In this document: piece after piece, positions 1 to 13,936 of the stretch
How positions within the stretch are numbered: the first letter of the stretch is position 1
Layout of the letters: every line of letters starts with the position of its first letter
Assembly: GCA_965235115.1 (NCBI GenBank)
Contig: OZ249441.1
Location: 32,302,001-32,366,000, forward strand
DNA: 64,000 bases
Direction: 5' to 3'
From: Laetmonice hystrix
Lineage: Eukaryota
Made by a program: the position numbers and the translations under genes
Notes under the pieces: generated by a model
The model's database searches: none
Told to the model about the DNA's origin: nothing
Seen by the model: the letters and a program-made list of their open reading frames with translations, nothing else

Positions 1-157
1 CTCCAGCCTCATGGGTAGCTCCGGCCTCATGGGTAGCTCCGCCTCATGGGTAGCTCCCCCTCATGGGTAGCTCCGGCCTCATGGGTAGCTCCGGCCTCAT
101 GGGTAGCTCCGCCTCATGGGTAGCTCCGGCCTCATGGGTAGCTCCGCCTCATGGGTA
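1..157. repeat. Minisatellite, 17-18 bp unit (ctccggcctcatgggtag), runs off the window start
   Basis: About 9 direct copies visible. Confidence 0.95.
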
Positions 158-1390
158 TCGTTTTGTATGGATATTTAGACATTAGAAGTCGATGTATCGT
201 AGCGGACTAAAGATATTGCGACGCACCGATGTATGGCTGAATCATTTCTGCCATAATATTACTGTGAACTTAATCCCAGTTTATCCCTAGATAACAGAAG
301 ATTCAAAGAAGACGCGGCATGCAGATCTTGTCTCGTGTCATAAAAATCATTCCATTCAGCATAATCCATTCTTTATATCTTTCTTTTCAGAAGTTATCCA
401 AGGATAAGAAAATCCGACTAATCCGTGCCATACATTCCATCAATGATTGAAGGGAAAGAAACAGCTTTTACAGCTGTTTATACATCAACAGACCCAGTAA
501 AATTAATTACATCAAAGAAAAGATACAAACTTCCTGCAAGGCAGCTTTGAAATCGATGTGTGCCCAGGAAACACAAATGTAGGAACGTTAGTGACAAACG
601 GCAACTGTCCATTATGAAAACATGCCTGCAATACCGGCCTCACATTTTGAGAGTTCCGCCATTTACTGCTCACAGCAGCCGCAAACCCAAGTCATTCTTT
701 CTCCAGCAAAGTTAACTCATTAAAGATATTATATGATGACCATACGCTTTCCCCTACAACACTGGACTTATCCACAACATTGAGGGAAACTTTGCCGAAT
801 AACTAGACTGTAATAAAAACTCTCAATTCCTGCTGTGGAAATAAATCTTTCTCGCATCAATGCAATCCCTATCGTAAGATTACCAGTTCATCTAGAACTC
901 TTCCATTTCAACTCCGACTTTGATCACAATATTGCACTTCAACCATCTGAAAAAACCTTAACAAGTTCTTCTTTTAATTCCAGAGTATCGCAGATATCTG
1001 CACGGATGGTCACCAGACGAGCACTTGATAACAGAGAAAACCTGGACCTGTTTACTTGAGTTAAATTGAATCACAGCTGTAATCTCTCATGTTTTAAGAG
1101 CCAACCATGGGTTGGTCATTACTAACAAGGACGTGGTATTTCTGCCCCAGACAGTATTCATCTTAAAGGTACATTCCAGAGGACGTACACTAACGGAGAG
1201 AGAATTTTCCGTCGTGATGAACGAAAAGTATTCGGTGACAGGACACGTTCACAATCTGCACAGTTTCCCTAAGGTTTCCTCAAACGCTTTCGAATAAACT
1301 ACTTTTACAACAGACTTTGACGTAAAGTGGAAACTTTCGTGCAGTGGTGAGGAGTTCAGGGAAGAATTTGAGTGACGTTAAGTGTCGGGA

Positions 1391-1606
1391 TGTCTTGGCT
1401 GGCTTTGAATTGTCTTGGCTGGCTGTGAATTGTCTTGGCTGGCTGTGAATTGTCTTGGCTGGCTTTGAATTGTCTTGGCTGGCTGTGAATTGTCTTGGCT
1501 GGCTGTGAATTGTCTTGGCTGGCTGTGAATTGTCTTGGCTGGCTGTGAATTGTCTTGGCTGGCTTTGAATTGTCTTGGCTGGCTGTGAATTGTATTGGCT
1601 GGCTGT
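1391..1606. repeat. Minisatellite, 20 bp unit (tgtcttggctggctgtgaat), about 11 copies
   Basis: Direct inspection of the sequence. Confidence 0.95.
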
Positions 1607-2038
1607 TGCTACAGTATTCCCAGACCTTTATTTCACGATATCCCACCCACTCTCTCACCCAGCAGTGCGAGACATAATCTTATCTGAGGAACACAAGGCA
1701 GGAGAAAGAGGTGAATCGTCCCAGGGTGATGTGACCGTTATCTTGACATGGCCGAGAGCAATGCTTGACGTTTCCAGACAATTTTATCCTTCTTCCTTCA
1801 GGAAAACAACATCCATACAAATGGAAATCGTGCACAACACAGCTTCTCCAGATAAGGACGGCCCGAGTTCTGTTTTCTCATAAAGTCACTCTTCCTTCTT
1901 GGAACATTACTCTTCATGACTCGAAACAAATAGGTGCATTTTGTCATGCGTACTTTTTCCTTCTAATTACGTCCAGGAGCGGAGCTTATCATGAGGTACG
2001 AAGTGTTCTGGCAAGGATGAATGAACAGAACTCATGTC

Positions 2039-3050
2039 ATATCTTGTCCCCCTCGGCTGGGTTAAGGCAGTGCTCTGACTTACCCCACTGACAGTTCATG
2101 GGCAGTCCCAAGGCTCTCTCTGATATCTTGTCCCCCTCGGCTGGGTTAAGGCAGTGCTCTGACTTACCCCACTGACAGTTCATGGGCAGTCCCAAGGCTC
2201 TCTCTGATATCTTGTCCCCCTCGGATGGGTTAAGGCAGTGCTCTGACTTACCCCACTGACAGTTCATGGGCAGTCCCAAGGCTCTCTCTGATATCTTGTC
2301 CCCCTCGGCTGGGTTAAGGCAGTGCTCTGACTTACCCCACTGACAGTTCATGGGCAGTCCCAAGGCTCTCTCTGATATCTTGTCCCCCTCGGATGGGTTA
2401 AGGCAGTGCTCTGACTTACCCCACTGACAGTTCATGGGCAGTCCCAAGGCTCTCTCTGATATCTTGTCCCCCTCGGCTGGGTTAAGGCAGTGCTCTGACT
2501 TACCCCACTGACAGTTCATGGGCAGTCCCAAGGCTCTCTCTGATATCTTGTCCCCCTCGGATGGGTTAAGGCAGTGCTCTGACTTACCCCACTGACAGTT
2601 CATGGGCAGTCCCAAGGCTCTCTCTGATATCTTGTCCCCCTCGGATGGGTTAAGGCAGTGCTCTGACTTACCCCACTGACAGTTCATGGGCAGTCCCAAG
2701 GCTCTCTCTGATATCGTGTCCCCCTCGGCTGGGTTAAGGCAGTGCTCTGACTTACCCCACTGACAGTTCATGGGCAGTCCCAAGGCTCTCTCTGATATCT
2801 TGTCCCCCTCGGCTGGGTTAAGGCAGTGCTCTGACTTACCCCACTGACAGTTCATGGGCAGTCCCAAGGCTCTCTCTGATATCTTGTCCCCCTCGGCTGG
2901 GTTAAGGCAGTGCTCTGACTTACCCCACTGACAGTTCATGGGCAGTCCCAAGGCTCTCTCTGATATCTTGTCCCCCTCGGATGGGTTAAGGCAGTGCTCT
3001 GACTTACCCCACTGACAGTTCATGGGCAGTCCCAAGGCTCTCTCTGATAT
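2039..3050. repeat. Minisatellite, 84 bp unit, 12 near-identical copies
   Basis: The period is 84 bp. It produces the 28-aa-repeat ORF at 2037-3056. Confidence 0.97.
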
Positions 3051-3796
3051 TATCATGCCTCAACTACTTCATCCTCACGCTACATTATTTGTGACACAAA
3101 ACCTTACTGGCGGACTTTGAGAACATTCCCTTGGAGTCGTGACACTGGGTGCGGATTTCCTGAAGCATCCCTACAATTTCCGGAGGTACGCTCTCACAAA
3201 GGAAGCCAAGAAGACAGTGTCTAGTAACGCCGCATGCGATCCCGACTCAATGAATCACATCACTGAAATATAAAGACTTCAAATCGAAGTGGCTCTATTT
3301 TAGCTGAAACTGACATGCCAATATGACAGAAAAAATATGTTCCACACTTATTTTTTTGGCTAAAAACATCGCACCATTAACTCCGAGTTCACTCCTTTTT
3401 TATCACGGATGGTCACAGTCATCTCGAAAATAATGACCAGAACAATGATCAATGGGGAGAGAATGACTGAAACTGCCTATCAATATCACTCAAAACGTCA
3501 CATTTTTGGTATGACCATATTTGGTCATGTACTCAGCAAGCTAATTTTAAGTTCTTTCTCTCCTTACGTTATCGATTGTGTATAAATATTTTACTTGATT
3601 CCTAGCACATTAGGCCGATAATTAACAGTGAATGGGGGAAGACATTACTTTGTATAATGCCACAGACTGAGGTGCGTATTGTCTGTGCCTTTCTAGATAT
3701 CAGCTTTCACACCAGAGCCAAACTCACACCAGATCCATTCATCTAATATTTAGCGCTTGCTATTTCCAGTGACAGGCGCTTTACCTTCGCTGTCTC

Positions 3797-4487
3797 CATT
3801 AAAAGTTACTGTTGAGATAATACTGTTTGGTGTTCCGCTCTTTACTATCAGTCTGCTACATCAACTCACTCTGCTCGGTGATCACTAAAAGTTATTGTTG
3901 AGCTTACTATACTGTGAGATGTTCTGCCCTACTATCAGTATGATACATCAACTCGCTCGACTAGGCCATCATTAAAAGTTATTGTTGAGATAATTATACT
4001 GTGAGATGTTCTGCTCCACTATCAGTATGCTACATCAACTCGCTCAGCTCAGCGATCACTAAAAGTTATTGTTGAGATAATTATACTGTGAGATGTTCTG
4101 CTCCACTATCAGTATGTTACATCAACTCGCTCAGCTCAGCGATCACTAAAAGTTATTGTTGAGATAATTATACTGTGAGATGTTCTGCTCCACTATCAGT
4201 ATGTTACATCAACTCGCTCGACTAGGCCATCATTAAAAGTTATTGTTGAGATAATTATACTGTGAGATGTTCTGCTCCACTATCAGTATGCTACATCAAC
4301 TCGCTCCGCACGGCGATCATTAAAAGTTATTGTTGAGATAATTATACTGTGAGATGTTCTGCTCCACTATCAGTATGCTACATCAACTCGCTCTGCTCGG
4401 CGATCATTAAAAGTTATTGTTGAGATAATTATACTGTGAGATGTTCTGCTCCACTATCAGTATGCTACATCAACTCGCTCCGCACGG
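3797..4487. repeat. Minisatellite, 87 bp unit, about 8 copies
   Basis: aaaagttattgttgag recurs at 3974, 4061, 4148 and onward. The first copies are more diverged. Confidence 0.93.
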
Positions 4488-4988
4488 CAATATTCCTTTC
4501 GGGTCGCTCAACTATCGGGATGACACATGATGAGCTCAACTAATGGAATCCAAACATTAACTTCAATACTTTCCGGACGTTTGGCTTCCGGGCTAATCCT
4601 TATTTCAAAACGGTGCCATAGGCATAATCCTCTTTAATCCGGTTAGATAAGGAGAAATGACGCCGACAGTTCATTACACTGAAGAAGAACAAGGTACTCG
4701 TCATAATTTTGAAGAGATCTGATATCGTCTCTTTCACGACAGCTGCAGGAAATATTAGTTGGACTGATTTCAGGACGACTGGCATTTCATTCGGCTGAGA
4801 AGCCACTGGCGTAAAAAAGACTCTGTGATTAGAAGACTAGGAATACTAATAACAGGAAGAAATACTGGGTGATTATAAAGGGTGTCTCACACCTGCTTCA
4901 ATGGATTCAGACTTATGGCGAAAACTTTCAAATCTGTCTCAACGAGAACTTTCTAATTGTGGCGTATGCTGTAGGGGTAGGTAATCAC

Positions 4989-7058
4989 ACACTGGGGGAG
5001 GGGGTAAGCATACCGAAGACCATACTCCGTGATAGCCGCCTAGTGTCTCCTACCCGATGTGATCCCGATGTGATCACTGGGGGAGGGGGTAAGCATACCG
5101 TAGACCATACTCCGTGATAGCCGCCTATTGTCTCCTACCCGATGTGATCACTGAGGGAGGGGGTAAGCATACCGTAGACCATACTCCGTGATAGCCGCCT
5201 ATTGTCTCCTACCCGATGTGATCACTGAGGGAGGGGGTGGGCATACCGTAGACCATACTCCATGAAAGCCGCCTATTGTCTCCTACCCGATGTGATCACT
5301 GGGGGAGGGGGTGGGCATACCGTAGACCATACTCCGTGATAGCCGCCTATTGTCTCCTACCCGATGTGATCACTGGGGGAGGGGGTAAGCATACCGTAGA
5401 CCATACTCCGTGATAGCCGCCTATTGTCTCCTACCCGATGTGATCACTGGGAGAGGGGGTAAGCATACCGTAGACCATACTCCGTGATAGCCGCCTATTG
5501 TCTCCTACCCGATGTGATGACTGGGGGAGGGGGTAAGCATACCGTAGACCATACTCCGTGATAGCCGCCTATTGTCTCCTACCCGATGTGATCACTGAGG
5601 AGGGGGTAAGCATACCGTAGACCATACTCCGTGATAGCCGCCTATTGTCTCCTACCCTATGTGATCACTGAGGGAGGGGGTAAGCATACCGTAGACCATA
5701 CTCCGTGATAGCCGCCTATTGTCTCCTACCCGATGTGATCACTGAGGGAGGGGGTAAGCATACCGTAGACCATACTCCGTGATAGCCGCCTATTGTCTCC
5801 TACCCGATGTGATCACTGAGGGAGGGGGTAAGCATACCGTAGACCATACTCCGTGATAGCCGCCTATTGTCTCCTACCCGATGTGATCACTGAGGGAGGG
5901 GGTAAGCATACCGTAGACCATACTCCGTGATAGCCGCCTATTGTCTCCTACCCGATGTGATCACTGGGGAGGGGGTAGGCATACCGTAGACCATACTCCG
6001 TGATAGCCGCCTATTGTCTCCTACCCGATGTGATCACTGGGGGAGGGGGTAAGCATACCGTAGACCATACTCCGTGATAGCCGCCCTCCTACCCGATGCG
6101 ATCACTGAGGGAGGGGGTAAGCATACCGTAGACCATACTCCGTGATAGCCGCCTATTGTCTCCTACCCGATGTGATCACTGGGGAGGGGGTAGGCATACC
6201 GTAGACCATACTCCGTGATAGCCGCCTATTGTCTCCTACCCGATGTGATCACTGAGGGAGGGGGTAAGCATACCGTAGACCATACTCCGTGATAGCCGCC
6301 TATTGTCTCCTAGCCGATGTGATCACTGGGGGGGGGGGGTAAGCATACCGTAGACCATACTCCGTGATAGCCGCCGAGTGTCTCCTACCCGATGTGATCA
6401 CTGAGGGAGGGGGTAAGCATACCGTAGACCATACTCCGTGATAGCCGCCTATTGTCTCCTACCCGATGTGATCACTGAGGGAGGGGGTAAGCATACCGTA
6501 GACCATACTCCGTGATAGCCGCCTATTGTCTCCTACCCGATGTGATCACTGAGGGAGGGGGTAAGCATACCGTAGACCATACTCCGTGATAGCCGCCTAT
6601 TGTCTCCTACCCGATGTGATCACTGAGGGAGGGGGTAAGCATACCGTAGACCATACTCCGTGATAGCCGCCTATTGTCTCCTACCCGATGTGATCACTGA
6701 GGGAGGGGGTAAGCATACCGTAGACCATACTCCGTGATAGCCGCCTAGTGTCTCCTACCCGATGTGATCACTGAGGGAGGGGGTAAGCATACCGTAGACC
6801 ATACTCCGTGATAGCCGCCTATTGTCTCCTACCCGATGTGATCACTGAGGGAGGGGGTAAGCATACCGTAGACCATACTCCGTGAAAGCCGCCTCTTGTC
6901 TCCTGCCCGATGTGATCACTGGGGGAGGGGGTAAGCATACCGTAGACCATACTCCGTGATAGCCGCCTATTGTCTCCTACCCGATGTGATCACTGAGGGA
7001 GGGGTAAGCATACCGTAGACCATACTCCGTGATATTGTCTCCTACCCGATGTGATCAC
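4989..7058. repeat. Minisatellite, about 74 bp unit, about 28 copies
   Basis: gtaagcataccgtagaccatactccgtgatagccgcc recurs every 73-75 bp. Confidence 0.97.
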
Positions 7059-7946
7059 AGACTTCTTTCCTTCCTTCTTCCTCATCGTTGAACGATATGT
7101 TGTTAACGAAGCAGATTAGGTCACACGGGGTATTCGGAGTCTGTATACCTGATTACCGAGGACGGCAGGCTGAGGCTGAACCCTCTCACCTCCCACTATT
7201 GGCCACGTGTTTTACCTGATCAGTCCACTGATGACAGGCCAAGACGTGGGCCTCCGAGTGGAGTCTACTCACGACACCTGGTGGCAGACTCGCTCACCAC
7301 GGTCTGGCAACCGACTCGGTATGATTGGTCTCATCACACTGAGAACATGGTAGTAATCAAACCTCATCGACCTCATCCCGCCTGGGGTTTCCTGGAGGTT
7401 TCCCTTCCAATAAACAGCATCAGCTCTTTCTGCAGTGTCATTCAGAGAGTCGTACCTTATACTTCAGTCTTGACTTCCTTCGTGAACTTTCAATTTGAAA
7501 GTGTGCTCCACGCAGATTTTCAAAGTATTTTTTTTTCAGGGGGCGGGTGCTGACCATCCATTAGTAACACGACCAGTTCCTGTAATCTCAAATGACGCTT
7601 TTGTTAACTCGGAAAGCATTCCGAGGTTTCCCTGACAAAATGTTAGGCGCCGCCTACTGTAAACCTCGGGTTCAGAATATCCACATAGGCCGACGTGGAT
7701 TCAGTCGGAGAATATCGGGGGAGATTCAACAACAATAAATCTGTAAAACAGTTGTCGGTTTACCGTTCTCTTAATTTACTTATCATCCTTTCATCCATGG
7801 ACTGCTATCACGTATCAGAGAACTGCAGGTGCTGCAGCATTTTGATTATTAGATCTCCATAAATGTTGATCACTTTTCATGGGTCCCAGAATTACTTACT
7901 TCCTTGTCATAAAACGTCAACGTTATCAAGGTGGATCTACCGAGGG

Positions 7947-8432
7947 TCAGTATTTCCACAGCAGTTATCAGATGCCAACAGTATTTCCACTGTAAACAGC
8001 CGTTATCAGATGCCAACAGTATTTCCACTGTAAACAGCAGTTATCAGATGCCAACAGTATTTCCACTGTAAACAGCAGTTATCAGATGCCAACTGTATTT
8101 CCACTGTAAACAGCAGTTATCAGATGCCAACAGTATTTCCACTGTAAACAGCAGTTATCAGATGCCAACAGTATTTCCACTGTAAACAGCAGTTATCAGA
8201 TGCCAACAGTATTTCCACTGTAAACAGCAGTTATCAGATGCCAACAGTATTTCCACTGTAAACAGCAGTTATTAGATGCCAACAGTATTTCCACTGTAAA
8301 CAGCAGTTATCAGATGCCAACAGTATTTCCACTGTAAACAGCAGTTATCAGATGCCAACAGTATTTCCAATGTAAACAGCAGTTATCAGATGCATTATTT
8401 CCAATGTAAACAAGTACTTATTAGATGCCTAC
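7947..8432. repeat. Minisatellite, 38 bp unit (cagcagttatcagatgccaacagtatttccactgtaaa), about 12 copies
   Basis: Direct inspection of the sequence. Confidence 0.95.
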
Positions 8433-11400
8433 AGACATCATTGACCGTTACTGGGATGAACATTTCGGCAGAGTACTGCTGAGTACTGGACGCTAACCTG
8501 TCACATTCGATAAATACTGGACCTATCCACTGACTTAATTTCGGGTGGTCATACCGGACGGGCTATAGGGAACGTATTCCTGGATGATACAAATTGGTTG
8601 ACAGCCCCTTGTGAAGTGGGGGAAGGAAAGAGAAACAAGCAAACGGCTATATCCGCCAGCAGTACGGCATGCAATAATGCCACCCCCCTCCCCCAAGGAG
8701 CCTCAGACATGCCGTGATCGTTAGTTATATTATAGCATTCAAAACACAACTTCACTGGTATCATGATCGACAGGTACTAGAGCCTTTAGAAGAGTCCCTA
8801 CCATATACAATAACATGACACCATACTCATGATTATACTACAGTTTTCATGTCACTTTAACTGAAGTAGAGAAGCCTTACAACCAAGCTAATCTTGGCGG
8901 CAGTAATATACAACCTGTAGTCTCCAAATCTATGATGTCTGGCTCTCATAGAGAAGATGCTTCCACTGGTATATTTGTGAGATAACCGAGACAACATATC
9001 GGTGTTACACCACAAGAAGAGCGACTATAGCTCACTGTGGTTTCCTCTCATCTCGAGTACCCGGTACACGCCACCCCATCAACCACATCAGTAGCAAAAG
9101 CCCACGGGTGTGTGGTCATGTACAGACATCTCACCAGTAGCATTATTTGATCTGTAGGGTAAGGCGGCAGACTGACGGAGAGCATCTCTGATGGTGGGTA
9201 CGAGATATATAACGGTGGGCCTGTCGGGCCGTCAGGACGTAAGTCGTGTCAGTCGCCATCGGTTCGACAAGTACATTCTGGACCAATGCGTCACACCACA
9301 AACCCTGACTCCTGTAGAACCAGTGATTGATCACTGACCAGTGATAGATCACGGACACCTCAGCAATCAATCACCGGTTTGGTCTCTTTTTTCTTTCAAT
9401 TTATTTTACTTTACGGTTCATAATTCTTAAGATGAAAGAGATTACAGTAGTCGTTTATGGCGCAAACAAAGTACCCCAGTCCAGTAGGCGTATTCTCGCA
9501 AGTTGTGCCCCAAACATGCACTCCCTCCCCTCGTAATAATTGGTCGTGATAACAAGCATTGTCTCCTTTATGCCTATTTCCTACTGTTGGGTTAACAAGC
9601 ACACATTAATGTACATGAGGGACGACCTGGAGTTATGAACAACTTCCTTTGTTCCTCCTAGGGTTATTGCTGTTTTCAGAGCCTACACTTATCATCAGTC
9701 AGACGGGTCGCAGCTGACTGTCTACATTTATGAGTAAAATTCCTACAGGATTTATGTTCATCATCCTCTCTGGATGCTGAAAACAGACCATAAATAATCT
9801 CCTTATCCTGTTTAATAATTTAATACCATAAACTGCCTGTTCCTTCCTCCAGTCCTGTATAATAAATGAGAACCCTCACAATAAGGGTTTGTATTTTTGT
9901 ACATTGGCCGCTCAGCTGTAGAAAATAGCAGGCATTAATTTCAGTTTCAGTTCTTCTCATCCTATGCTTCTCAATTCATACGATTGGTCAAACTGACACG
10001 AGGTTTTCATTTGGAGCTATATAGCTTCTTCGAAATATGGTGGTGGTACCTGTGCCATTCGGATCTGTATACAGGTACACGTATCCCATCCAATCGATTA
10101 AGTGCACATACCTACATTTATCATTTCACCATTTCTCTTCACTACAACTACCCTGCCACCCCACCTTTGGACTTCACGACGCGCAGTGACAGTGGTAATT
10201 TAGTTTGAGAATCGCATTCACTCATAAACGAGCAGTGAATATGTCAGCTTTATACTTTCTTCATGAAAGCGCTCAAGATCGATATAAAGAGATTTCCTCG
10301 AAATGCCCCTTTAAGAGTCCCAACCCACAACGTCTGCAGCTGTAGCTGAGATGCCAAGATGATAATTATTACACTGGCACTCCATCATGTCTGATAATAC
10401 AATCGTAGTTTATCCTGCCTGGTATAGTAACGAGTATAGCGTCTGACTAATCGACCATTACACTGACTACTGACTACAGCGGCAGGTGGCCCCCTGGAGG
10501 ACGTTTCAGACATCAGGGCACGGTCTACGAGAACAGGGTGGGATGGTGCTAATAATGTGGGTAGCACTGACATTTTACAAGTCTACCTCAAGATTAGCGG
10601 GGGATAGACTGATGTAGATACGGCCATACCAAGTACATGTATCCGGTTTACCATTGGGTCATTAGAATAAGGCTTGCCTGGTCGTGTGTAGGTTCCACTT
10701 AATGAGTTCAAACTCTCCTGACTACCAAAAACACCTTACTTTCATTCTAACTAAAGAACGTTAATCAGGCTATACTTTCCAAATGCTTTCCCCTCTCAGT
10801 AATAACATACACATTTCGACGTTATCTGACGTTTGCCGATCTATCAATCGCCCTAGACGGGTTTCAATAAACACAAGATTATCAAAGACTCCTACAGTCA
10901 CCCACCACATATACCACCAGATGTACTTCATCAACATGTTTATCATGAGCACGGTGAGAATGATTATAAAGGCTTTCACGACATGACGGACTCGGGGGTG
11001 CTTCCATTAACTCCCTAATGAAGTCTGTTCCCAGCAACTCTATTAATACTTGTCCGTAGATTATGAGCTAAATTAAGTAATAGCTTGCGATACGACTCAG
11101 CTTGGGACAGGCTGTCTTATTTAGACAAATATTGCTTCTACCTCAGCAATCATTCTTGATGGTATATGCCAAACAAATACATCTCCGATTACCAAATTAT
11201 TCTCCATATGATATGATTAAAGAACACGACCACTTCTTTCCGAAAGGAAAAAAAAACATTCTGGCCTCTTATATATGCATGTTAACGTCCTGCAATTTAC
11301 TTGAAATATCTTCGTTAAAATGTGGATCTGGCTGCATCAAGGTTGCAGAAAATATTAAATAACTTACAAGACTTCAAATTAGTTACAGTATACAGTTAGG

Positions 11401-11799
11401 TTACAGAACTTTTCCCGTAAGCTTCTTACGGCATATGTCCAGTATCTATTCCTGCTGTGCAATTTATAAGTCATATCCTGTCATAGCGAGCTAGTTCATC
11501 TTGGCTTTAAAATATGAAATCAAAATTGTCTCAACACATGATCGAAATCCAAGAACTTTACTTAATAGCACATCACCATGTCTGAATTTAATTATATGCT
11601 GTCAACTAACATTAAAGAAAAAATCCTTGATGCACCGTGACATCCAATGTTGCATGTGGCCGACGATCAGGGAGGCGTGGCAGACACTATAGTACCAGGT
11701 GGGGGCGCCAATCAAGGTGGCCGGCCCCATCTATTCACCTGGGCCGGTCCCTCCTCGTGCTGGGGCCGCCACATAGAACTGACTACTAACACTCGGAAC

Positions 11800-11990
11800 G
11801 GGTGGGAGGGAAACCACTTCAAAAGGATCCAGACAAAGTACAACAACTTGCATGCCAAACTCTCCTAGCGCTCCTCCTCCAGCGTACGGCAGGAAGATCT
11901 TGGCTAAGTGCTCCGTTGCATGATGTGAACCTCCATTGGTTGCCACACTGTAGTTGGGTGGTCTCCTCCAGCCTGCGTCTGTTAACCTAA
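11800..11990 (+). mobile_element. Possible L2/CR1-type LINE 3' ORF2 remnant
   Basis: DKVQQLACQTLL...APLHDVNLHWLP resembles the post-RT 'VQ..A.R.I....LHWLP' pattern. The match is short and degenerate. Confidence 0.3.
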
Positions 11991-12350
11991 TCTACACAGT
12001 GCCAGTCCCTCTATGTCAGAAGTAAGTACCCTCGTATGGCGCCCATTACCGACTTTGGTAACATACCTCAGACCCATCGTCCTTTACTTTACACCTCTCG
12101 ACATTTTGTACCAAAAAAAAAAACCTTCACAAAGTACACTGCCTTATAAACCGAACCACTACGGCTACACCCGAGTTCTGGAACTCAACCGTCCTGTGTT
12201 ACGGGTACTTCAAGCATCGTTTATATACGTAATGCGCCAGAATCTGAAAACTGATCTTTATAAACAATTGATAAGGGATATAATTTAAGGATGCGACAGA
12301 TTTCTTCTCCAACCTGTCATCAGTATATGAGAAGGGAGCGCAGTGCCTAC

Positions 12351-12491
12351 CTTCATGGCCTCCTTCAGTTCGTCAATCTCACTCTTCACGTTCTGTTCAG
12401 CGATGTCACGTGCTCGTTCATGGAGCTCTATCCTCCGTTCTAAAGTCAGTTTGTCCGTCTTGAAGGCCAGCGCAAGACTTGCAAACTTTTC
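12351..12491 (-). CDS. IRAG2: IRAG/LRMP-family gene, MRVI1 coiled-coil exon (141 nt, EKFASLALAFKTDKLTLERRIELHERARDIAEQNVKSEIDELKEAMK)
   Basis: Acceptor ttctttgtgttaatacag|GAA and donor AAG|GTAGGC, phase 0-0. Strong similarity from recall to LRMP/IRAG2 (AEFLRLSLGFKCDWFTLEKRVKLEERSRDLAEENLKKEI) and IRAG1 ([34 protein letters not shown]). Confidence 0.92.
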
Positions 12492-13526
12492 CTGTATTAA
12501 CACAAAGAACAATCGGTTATTGAAGTCTTTGTACGATGTCTCAAAGGTGTACCCTGCTCATTTCACTGCGAAAACTATATCCCAGTATTGGTACTTTCCA
12601 TATTGCCTCAATCCAAATATAAGCCTTATCTGTAAGAAACATACGTGAATGACTACAAAAATGTTGATGCTGACAACACATGAATTACCACCACTAAAAG
12701 CACATCACAGTCCATACACGATGAATGGCACGTTTCCCTGCCAACAAGGTCCTTGTTTCACCGACAGAAGCAGACATACCTTCTCCGCCAACCTCTGCCT
12801 CTAACCTTAACTCAGACCTGTCAATAGCTTAGCCCTCCCGACAAAAACCAACAAGCTTGCAAGATCATCCATGTAATCGTAGACTTGGACCAGATTTGGA
12901 CCGTCTTTTAACTTCATTAAGAAAGACATCGCCTGCCAGCTTTGATGGAGCTTAAACTCGTTAACTTGGCATAAAGATGTGTTCACTGGGGCCAAGTGTG
13001 GGCCTTTGATCAATCCACCTTATAATTACCAATCTGGCTGTGAAGAAGATGTTGGTCTCTGTCATGCCAAACCATGAGTTGAGGCATCCACACTCCACTC
13101 TTTCTGTCATATTAATACCAACTACAGGATACGGTATATCCTTCATCAGACATAATATGTCAGGCCCATTTGAACAGATGGGGGGGGGGGGGATTGAAAG
13201 CCAGTCTGTGGTTAAGGTTGGTCTGAAAGAATGGATCGTGGAAGACCTCGATTAACGTAGTCAAAGTGAAGGATGGTTGTACACCGTCCAGAAATAAAAC
13301 GGGATCACTCGTTTATCTTCTATAATTGCCGTCAGTACTCTGAACAAGGCCATAAACTGGTCGACCTCCCCAGCTGCTCAGTCTCCCATCAACCTCTCTC
13401 CCAACCTCCTCATGCCAGCTCCTTATTGCCCCACGAACGTTTTCCTACCCTCGAGATGTCGACAAATAATCCAGCCGTCAGGGGTAGCTTTCTTTTACTT
13501 GGAGATTACCATGGCAACCTTATCAT

Positions 13527-13936
13527 GGTTAAAGTTATGTCACTTCACCTGCCAGGCGCACATGGTGTATCATGTAGAGCTGATTCCTCTCGATTTACAC
13601 TCAGTGAGGGTTAAAGTTATGTCACTTCACCTGCCAGGCGCACATGGTGTATCATGTAGAGCTGATTCCTCTCGATTTACACTCAGTGAGGGTTAAAGTT
13701 ATGTCACTTCACCTGCCAGGGGCATGTTTCATGTAGAGCTGATTCCTCTCGATTTACAGTACACTCAGTGAGGGTTAAAGTTATGTCACTTCACCTGCCA
13801 GGCGTACATGGTGTATCATGTAGAGCTGATTCCTGTCGATTTACACTCAGTGAGGGTTAAAGTTATGTCACTTCACCTGCCAGGCGTACATGGTGTTTCA
13901 TGTAGAGCTGATTCCTCTCGATCTACACTCAGTGAG
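13527..13936. repeat. Minisatellite, about 82 bp unit, 5 copies
   Basis: ggttaaagttatgtcacttcacctgccagg recurs at about 82 bp spacing. Confidence 0.93.

Noticed and set aside
2037-3056. 339-aa ORF with a 28-aa Cys-containing repeat
   Set aside because: It is a by-product of a stop-free 84-bp (multiple of 3) minisatellite. There is no true ATG at the called start, no unique flanking coding sequence and almost no synonymous variation.
4989-7058. CRISPR-like appearance of this and the other regular arrays
   Set aside because: The units are head-to-tail with no unique spacers, there are no cas genes, and the context is a eukaryotic spliced gene.
1-12350. Search for the next IRAG exons (expected RVxSRAExxGAxxQE and HVENLKR motifs)
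   Set aside because: No matching exon was found by eye. Candidates near 7450-7580, 8460-8500 and 9730-9780 fail on frame or similarity. The remainder probably lies outside the window, though a missed small exon is possible.
12780-12817. Candidate bridging exon with ctattgacag acceptor and GTATGT donor
   Set aside because: Its 38-nt length gives phase 2-1, which is incompatible with the phase-0 acceptor at 12491. The 19507-19477 exon fits better.
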